From Basidiobolus meristosporus CBS 931.73 (lineage: Eukaryota > Fungi > Basidiobolomycota): a DNA stretch of 64,000 nt. The notes under the pieces are model-generated. The model was given only the letters and a program-made list of their open reading frames with translations, had not been told where the DNA came from and did no database searches. The position numbers were made by a program, and so were the translations under genes. Numbering within the stretch: the first letter of the stretch is position 1; each line of letters opens with the position of its first letter. Of the stretch, positions 56,715-64,000 are shown one piece after another. Where the stretch lies: the NCBI GenBank assembly GCA_002104905.1, contig MCFE01000457.1, positions 7,871-71,870 on the forward strand, in the 5' to 3' direction.

Positions 56715-57925
56715 TAAGATAGGCAGCAGACTTGGGTATATGAGAATCAGTGCCCAGCAGGATTTGCCAGTAGAGTACTTGTTTAATGAGAATCCATAAG
56801 TTTCTCAGGCAAAGGCATTCTCATACCTTTTAAGTAACCCATGCTTCTTAACTGTGTGTTATGTTTATCTTCAAATATATTGGATATGTTTGCATTTTTG
56901 TTTTTTTATACTGAGTACAGTACTTTATAGCTTTGCAATATTTGTTGGACTGCATAAGCTTCTTTGGACAGGCTATTACTGGAATATATCCAGTGTGGAA
57001 ACAATGCTTTTCCCCAATGGTAATGAATTCCTGACAAGTTGGACACCTTGCAATTGTAGCATTTGTGATGGGAATACCATGCAACTGTTAGCACACCTTG
57101 GTATCAGGATGGTGTCTGGATCATATTTTGCCAGCTGCACAATAGTTGTGCATTTATACCATGTACATGGTAAGCTGTATCCCAAGATAATTTTAGCAAG
57201 AAGTTTCAGTAGATCCTCAAGGCCCCCATTACTAATATTAGTAGAAATGCACCACTTCTCTAGCCACAACATCACATCAGTCACCAACAGCTGGATCATT
57301 GGGCTCATGTAGCTCTATATAATATCTTGGCATATTTTTCCACTGGTGTTGTTTCATTGCATATTGGGATTTTGCAGGGCTTATGCAGGGTACTTTTGTT
57401 AGGGGAGATAGGCTCACAGCCCATCAGTGAGCCTGCATCTTCATAGCTATCATTCTGTGTGCCATTATTAAAAGGCTGGGGTGAGCCTGTAGGCTTCATA
57501 AACACACCTGACTCAGTTTTTGCAAGGTAACCAGTGCTGCAAGGTGCTGTTATGGAGGTTTCAAGTGGCCAGCAAGATGTTGTTAGAACAGTATTGACTG
57601 ATGAATGGTCAGATACAACTTGTGTGGCAAACACTGGCTATAATCCTGGTAATACATCCAATGCGGACTGTGTGCTTCATGGCCAAGAGGCTTGTTAAAA
57701 AGCCACACAGTCTTTTTTCTCTTCACTTAAGGTGCTCAATCAAATTAGTCTTAGCAAACAGCTTAACACTCAGCAACATAATGCTATGTTATATGACTTC
57801 TTTGTCAATACTCATGTAGGCATAAGACAGTCTTATATTTAAGACATTGCACCTACATGAATGTAAGATTCAATTGTGAGCCACCACCGTAAGCATAATA
57901 TATAAAGTCACGGCACCACACAAAC
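56715..57925 (-). mobile_element. Third CACTA transposase 5' fragment, in the opposite orientation
   Basis: FATQVVSDHS..., VMLWLEKWCISTNIS..LEDLLKLLAKI and GFSLNKYSTGKSCW match the 21.7-22.7 kb transposase. Confidence 0.8.
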
Positions 57926-57929
57926 ATAC

Positions 57930-58805
57930 ATCTGGTAGGATACAGTTACTGGTAATTTTACTCAATCTTGCTTATATTGGTCAGAACAGTGCTTTCATTG
58001 AATTATGTACTCTTCATAATGCTTCAGACACATTTCTCTCAGTTGATGATTCACTCACAAGTCTATAGTCAAATAGGAAGTCTGCAATTGATGTGATCTA
58101 AACTGTGTTGATTCAATCCAAGAGGCATCATTCATAATACATAGAAAATTTTACAATCACATTGGTATTCATTAGTAGGTTATATAAAACCAGGTTGTTG
58201 CCTATGTTCTACTGTGTCAGTGTCTAGATCCCCCACTATGGTCCCTGTACAAACACAAAACCCATCTCTTAGCTCACAAGCATGGTCTGGTCTGGAAAAT
58301 TCAATGTTGTATCAGCTTGACTTGTTTCCAAATAATTTTAGTATTGGCTAAGAGTCTATGGAGAGCCTTCATATAGATATTTGGGTATTACCCATGAATC
58401 TAGCTGAGCCAGATAACAGCAAGTGTCAACAGAGATGAAGAAATCTGAGTAGGAAGCTTGGCCATGGGTTTTACATCATGATGTCAGCTGATGTATGGAA
58501 GAAGATATATAATAAGACAAGCATTGAAATCAACAATGAGCTGAGAGTGAGGGAATTTGATGAGGAAGCTGCACAAGAGCAACTCTGCATGCAATTTGTA
58601 GAGTACAGACCCAACAATTCCATCTGAGACTCAACTTTGGGAACCAACAATATCGTGAATAAGTTTTTACCTCAAATGACTAATATACTATTTGGTATAC
58701 TAGTGGAGTTAAGTGGCTTCTGGGAGCAATATAAGCAGGCCCCATCAAGGCAGCAGTTCCAAAGTATCAGACAGAGGGTAAGTCAATACCTTGGGGAATC
58801 AGAAG
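57930..58805. mobile_element. Decayed, internally deleted copy of the PHIS element
   Basis: 57930-58050 matches 29490-29600 (transposase 3' end). 58060-58805 matches 30630-31400 (promoter and ORF2 N-terminus). CpGs are lost. Confidence 0.85.
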
Positions 58806-58809
58806 CCCT

Positions 58810-61131
58810 ATGAAAAATTAATGAGATAATCCCATCAAAAGGGTGTCACAAAGTTAAAGTCCCATGACTAAGTGGTACTGATCTTGTTGGGGAATTGTCC
58901 AGAGACTGTGGAAAAATAATTGCACCCCAGATTTGACAAAAAACTCAGTCAAAATTTTTCATCACAACAATGTGTAAGTGGCTTTTGATTGGTGCCCTGC
59001 CAATTTGCTCACTTTCTGATCTCAGACACTTTATTTCCTCCTATGTTTGTGTGAATTGATAGGCTATTGCCTCTTTTTCACACTCCTTACTTCCTGAATA
59101 AACAATTTCTCTTACTTTCCATGCATACAAGTTGGTTTATTTCCATTGAGACTTCAGTTGTACCTCAATTGCCAATTGTATTGACCTATACAAGTCTCTA
59201 TACCCTACACTAACATTAAGGCCAACCCCACACTCAACAAGTAACTTCATTAAAATCCACCACTCAATAAGTATTTCTGCTGTAACACTCTGGTTCCATA
59301 ACTTTGGCAGGAACCCAATGGCTTTATGCCACTGTTCATTCACTGGTTCCCACATGTCCTGGTCTTCAGCCACCACTGTAAGGTCTAGCTCCTCATCTTC
59401 CTGTCTTTGCAATAAATCCTTGCAATATTCCAGTGTGTTTCCTTGCGCACTGCTCTTGAAGAAGTGCTGCAACCTCTTGGTGTGCCTATCAATGTTGCAA
59501 GGTTCCACTTAAGGCATTGTGATAGTCTTTTGAGCTCTTGACATTGTAGCCTTTTCTGTCAGTGGGATCTCCACTCTGTCAACAATGGAGGATGTGGAGG
59601 CTGTAGTAGACAAATTGCATTTTTCAGCAATCTCATCTAACTTGCTGGAGTGTAGCTCAACTGGCTGCGCTTCCAACTCTTGTGAAAACAGCTGTTTTCT
59701 TATTGGTAATTCTTCTTGGCTATAATGGGGTTCTGTCTGTTCCTGGCTTGCAGTGCTAATTGGCAAGAACTGCAGTCTTTTTTGCATGCCCCCCTGTCTC
59801 AGGCTTGGGTAGACATCTTTCCGTTTACCTTTTCCTTTATCACTGCCAGGTCTTTCACTGCTACTTTGTCTGAGTGCTTCTTGTAAAGAACCAAGTTTTC
59901 TCCTGGATAAATTCTGCTCTGATGCATCTGTTTTGGCCTGCTTGTCCCTTTCTGGCACTCTTCTGGCAGCCTGACATTTCTTTTTCAATTGTTTTGAGCT
60001 CTCAACCATAGTTGTGACAGGCTCCTGTAAGAGCAGCTGGTTTTTATTGCTGCCAGGTCCTTCACAATTACTTTGACTGGGTGCATTTTGAGTGGTACTA
60101 AGCTTTTTCATTTATAAATGTTGTGCTGGTGCATCCATGTCTGCCTGTTTGTAATGGGCTCTTGAAGAAGCCACTGGTTTTAGCCATGGCACCCTTGTTC
60201 TTCTGCCTTTGATGGCTTCTGCTACTCTTAAGATACTTTTTAGCATACCAATGCTGGCCCAAAATCCATTTGCCTGTTTGATTCCAGGATAATGCTCATG
60301 GAACAAGTCAAGTGCATTCTGCTTGGCCTTGAGCTCCTGATGGTCCCATGGTATGCCAGCCTTAAGGTGATGGTGTGCTAGACTTCTGACAGCCTCTTGT
60401 ATATTAGCGCACTCTTCATGATTGCACTCAAAGGCTTCATGGATCTGCAATTTTTAATTTTTAGGCTTTGGTATAAACACCACATTGTCTCCCTCCCATG
60501 CTGTGATAGGTTTTTCTGTGGGCTTTATCTCTGGACACTGTTGTTGTGCTTCAATGACTTTATGGTTATATTCTGCTGTTACATTAGGATATGGCTCAAT
60601 TTCTGGCTGTGACATTGAGCTACTTGAGTTCCTTCTTTGCAGCAAGGATACTGCTTTCTCTACAAGGGATATTGATTGCTCTACATGTATTATCTGCTCA
60701 TCCTATTTCTGGGCTATTTCCTGATTTCTCTTGGTCATTGCATCAATCCTATCAGCCACAGCACCTAATTGCTTCATTAATGCTTTGGTATGAGCTGACA
60801 ACATACTTGCTAATATGGGTGGAGGTGATGTTATCATGACCACTTGCTGATCTTCAACTGAGAGTACTGTGTTTGCTACACCTTTATATGCCTGAGCATA
60901 ATGGTCAGTCTGTGGCTCTGCAGAGGTTCTCAATTGCCTCCTTGACTGAGAGCCCAAAGGGTCTGCATTACTACCTTCAAAGGGCACACTGTCCACAGGT
61001 CATTTTTTGGATGTAGCCCCACTTGTTGCACTGAATGTCAAAGCAAGCTTTTGTCCATCTGTTCTTCTGTTGCCATCAACCATGAGGTTTGGTTGAGAAC
61101 CAGACAACTTTGCTTTATTTTTTGGTGGCAT
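58810..61131 (-). pseudogene. Most complete copy of the CACTA accessory ORF (about 770 codons in one frame, with premature stops)
   Basis: ATG at 61131 (MPPKNKAKLSGSQ). The five ORF-track fragments starting at 60996, 60645, 60450, 60111 and 59508 all lie in the same frame. Confidence 0.75.
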
Positions 61132-61256
61132 ATATATGGAAGTGAGTCAAACTAAAGGGGAAATAGTGTTGCATATACTTGTGTATGTGGTGTCACAACT
61201 TTATTTATAATGCTTACAATGGTGGGTCATCATTGAATGTTACATTCATGTAGGTG

Positions 61257-61624
61257 TGTTATGATCTGCCGCTTGAATGTTTAAGTTAGATCAGTTTTTA
61301 GTCAAATCAATTAGTATATGTTTAGGTTATCAGTATATCAGTATTATCTATGAAATCAGTAGCATTAGTCAGCAAATGAATCAGCAGATCCTTATCAGAC
61401 AGAAATAGATATATGAAGTAGGATCTTATTGGGTGATGATGATGCAATCAAATGAGTCATCAGCCACAACCTACATTAGGAAATACAATTAGTCAGCAAT
61501 TGATCTGGCAAAATGTATATAAGGAGCTGCTGGAACCTCAATAAAAATCAGTTCAAGTTTTAGTGAATACAATACTAGCTAAACTCCCTATTCCTCTACA
61601 ACTCTTATACCAAGACTTGTAACA
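61257..61624 (+). mobile_element. 5' LTR of the youngest Gypsy family A copy
   Basis: TGTTATG...TGTAACA, 368 bp, containing TATATAA and AATAAA motifs. Confidence 0.92.
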
Positions 61625-61625
61625 T

Positions 61626-61634
61626 TGGTAGCAG
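61626..61634 (+). promoter_or_regulatory. Primer-binding site TGGTAGCAG (complementary to a tRNA ending ...CUGCUACCA, initiator-Met type)
   Basis: It lies 1 nt after the LTR. The same motif follows the A2 and A3 5' LTRs. Confidence 0.7.
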
Positions 61635-61683
61635 CAATAATCAGAAACCTCCCTCCTGAAGAAAAGAAGAAACCACCCTTGAG

Positions 61684-64000
61684 ATGTCGGACAATCAAGA
61701 ATGGAAAAATGCCATGCAGCAAATCCTGGCCCAACAGCAACAGCTACTCCAGATCCTCAGCCAACAGCAACAAGGAATGACTACCATGGCTCAGAGCCAA
61801 CAAAGCCCTGTCAAGAGCAACTTTAGTGTGAAGGTCAACCGGTACCATGGCAGAGTCAATGAAAACCTGGGAACTTGGCTCTTTCAGATTGAAGAAGCTT
61901 TTAAAGCTAAAGGAATTGCTCCAGAGAGCAAGTTGCATTATGCAGCTTCTTACCTGGCAGATGCAGCTTTACAGTGGTACCACAACAAGATCAGGTCAGC
62001 TACTATGATGGGATGCTCAACAATCTCTACCTGGGATGAGTTTGTGTCGGAAATTCAGGATGCTTTTGAACCTCCACACCAGCAGACACTACTAAGAAGG
62101 AAGTTAAAGACACTCAGACAGAAAGGAATGGTGCAAGAATACATCTATGAGTACAGATGTCTACTTGGACAAATTGAAAGAATGGACCCCTTGGATCAAG
62201 TTGAATACTTTATTGATGGGTTGAAAGAAAGAACTCGCAAGGAAGTCAATTACCGAAGACCTCAGACTATTGAAGAAGCCATCAAGATTGCCATTGACTA
62301 TGACTCAGCTATGTTTGGAGTTGGGAAGCCTACAGTGACTAATCAGAAAGGCTATAATCATTATGAAAGAAGACAATCAGAAGCAGTACCAATGGAAATA
62401 GACGCTATGCAGCAGAATCCCTCCTCAGAAGAATGCAAGAAGAGAGGACTTTGCTTCAATTGCCACCAGCAGGGACATATTGCAAAGTACTGCCCTCAGA
62501 GAAGAAATGGACACCAGCCAACAAGAACCTTCTACCATATTGAGTCCCATGAACACAGTAATGTGGAAGATGAGCTTGAAGTAGACTCGGAACTCACCTT
62601 CCATATGACAGAAGAGTACTTGTCCCAAATGACTTCAAACTCAGGGAAGTTATTGTACTTGAATGGAGTAATCAATGGAGTACCTGCCAAGATCATGATT
62701 GACTCAGGAGCATCGCATGAATACATGTCAGAGCAATTTGCTTTGAAAGCTGGAATCAACTCGGAACCTACCAAATCAACTTCAGTTTCCACAGCTGATG
62801 GGAACTCCCACATAATCAACCGTATTACCCAGCCAGTAAGAATGAATATCTATGACTATGAAGAAGACCTACAGGCTTATATATTTGGGAACTGCAAGTT
62901 TGACCTTGTACTTGGAAAAACCTGGCTATTTTGTCGTAATCCATCAATCAACTGGAGAACCCATGCTACTCAGATTCAAAAAGACAACAAGACCTATGAG
63001 CTATTACCTGCCATGCTGGATTTCAACTTGGTCAATTCCAGTGTGTGTGAGACAAGTGAACTTAGCAAGACCCAGTTCTGTAGAGCACTTAGAAAAGGTA
63101 CCGAGATGTTCCTCATGGCGGTATTACAGGAGGATTCCTCTACCCCAGCACCCCAGCAGGTCCAGACTCTCTTGAAGAAATACTCAGACGTGTTTCCAGA
63201 TGAGCTTGTAAGCCTACCACCAGTCAGAGACGTGGATCATGCCATTGACACAGGAGATAGCCCTCCAGTGAGCAAGACACCTTACAGAATGAGTCCATTA
63301 GAATTGGAGGAAATGAAGAGACAAATTGATCAGCTATTGGAGCAAGGATACATTAGGCCCAGCAAGTCACCCTGGGGAGCACCAGTGCTTTTTGTGAAAA
63401 AGAAGGATGGAACACTTAGGATGTGCATTGACTACAGAGCCCTGAACTCAGTTACCGTCAAGAATAAGTACCCCATACCTCGGATTGATGAGCTTTTAGA
63501 CCAACTTAATGGAGCCACTATTTTCAGCAAGATTGACCTCATGTCAGGATACAACCAGATTAGGGTGAAACCAGAAGATATCCCTAAGACAGCATTCAGG
63601 ACCAGATATGGACATTACGAGTACTTAGTCATGAGTTTTGGCCTCACTAATGCCCCTGCAACATTCATGACGCTGATGCAGACTGTCTTTCAGGAGTACT
63701 TAGACAAGTTTGTGATAATCTACCTGGATGACATATTGATATACAGCAAGACAGAAAAGGATCACATGGTACACATTGAAAAGGTGTTGAAGAAACTAAG
63801 AGAGAACAAGCTATATGGCAAGCTAGCCAAGTGTGAATTCTTCAAGGAACACGTAGAATATCTGGGACACATAGTGACTAGCACAGGAGTAACCTTAGAC
63901 CCCAAGAAGGTGGAAGTAATCAAGAATTTGAAGCAGCCCCATAGCATATCAGAACTCAGATCCTTCCTTGGAATGGTTTCCTATTATCGGAGATTTGTCA
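61684..64000 (+). CDS. Intact single-frame Ty3/Gypsy gag-pol (gag, CCHC knuckle, protease, RT); runs off the window
   Basis: No stop found by eye from ATG 61684 to the window end (~772 codons). Contains [61 protein letters not shown] and YLDDILIYS. Confidence 0.93.
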   Translation, partial: MSDNQEWKNAMQQILAQQQQLLQILSQQQQGMTTMAQSQQSPVKSNFSVKVNRYHGRVNENLGTWLFQIEEAFKAKGIAPESKLHYAASYLADAALQWYHNKIRSATMMGCSTISTWDEFVSEIQDAFEPPHQQTLLRRKLKTLRQKGMVQEYIYEYRCLLGQIERMDPLDQVEYFIDGLKERTRKEVNYRRPQTIEEAIKIAIDYDSAMFGVGKPTVTNQKGYNHYERRQSEAVPMEIDAMQQNPSSEECKKRGLCFNCHQQGHIAKYCPQRRNGHQPTRTFYHIESHEHSNVEDELEVDSELTFHMTEEYLSQMTSNSGKLLYLNGVINGVPAKIMIDSGASHEYMSEQFALKAGINSEPTKSTSVSTADGNSHIINRITQPVRMNIYDYEEDLQAYIFGNCKFDLVLGKTWLFCRNPSINWRTHATQIQKDNKTYELLPAMLDFNLVNSSVCETSELSKTQFCRALRKGTEMFLMAVLQEDSSTPAPQQVQTLLKKYSDVFPDELVSLPPVRDVDHAIDTGDSPPVSKTPYRMSPLELEEMKRQIDQLLEQGYIRPSKSPWGAPVLFVKKKDGTLRMCIDYRALNSVTVKNKYPIPRIDELLDQLNGATIFSKIDLMSGYNQIRVKPEDIPKTAFRTRYGHYEYLVMSFGLTNAPATFMTLMQTVFQEYLDKFVIIYLDDILIYSKTEKDHMVHIEKVLKKLRENKLYGKLAKCEFFKEHVEYLGHIVTSTGVTLDPKKVEVIKNLKQPHSISELRSFLGMVSYYRRFV

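Overview
Eukaryotic, intron-containing DNA, most likely from an early-diverging fungus (inference from the gene families, the 52-113 nt GT-AG introns and the TE types; the taxon cannot be fixed from sequence alone). The window has two compartments. Bases ~1-13 kb are a CpG-normal gene island. It holds four spliced minus-strand genes: a Pcs60-like oxalate/acyl-CoA ligase, a stand-alone EXD2-C-terminal HNH-like protein, a secreted tyrosinase, and an ATOS/FAM214 protein whose N-terminus looks like an Atg13-type HORMA domain. A possible small tail-anchored ORF follows on the plus strand. From ~15.1 kb to the end is a strongly CpG-depleted nest of transposable elements. It contains one dominant Ty3/Gypsy family (11 LTR copies, 4-bp TSDs, one copy with an open gag-pol running off the window), Ty1/Copia relics, and several copies of a CACTA/EnSpm element with a divergent accessory ORF. 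It also contains an apparently intact PIF/Harbinger-like (PHIS) DNA transposon at 29380-32797, with an 11-bp TIR, a DDE transposase and a divergent Myb/SANT-like partner. That element has two non-autonomous derivatives and one decayed copy in the window. All alignments, counts and exon boundaries were done by eye and need computational confirmation.
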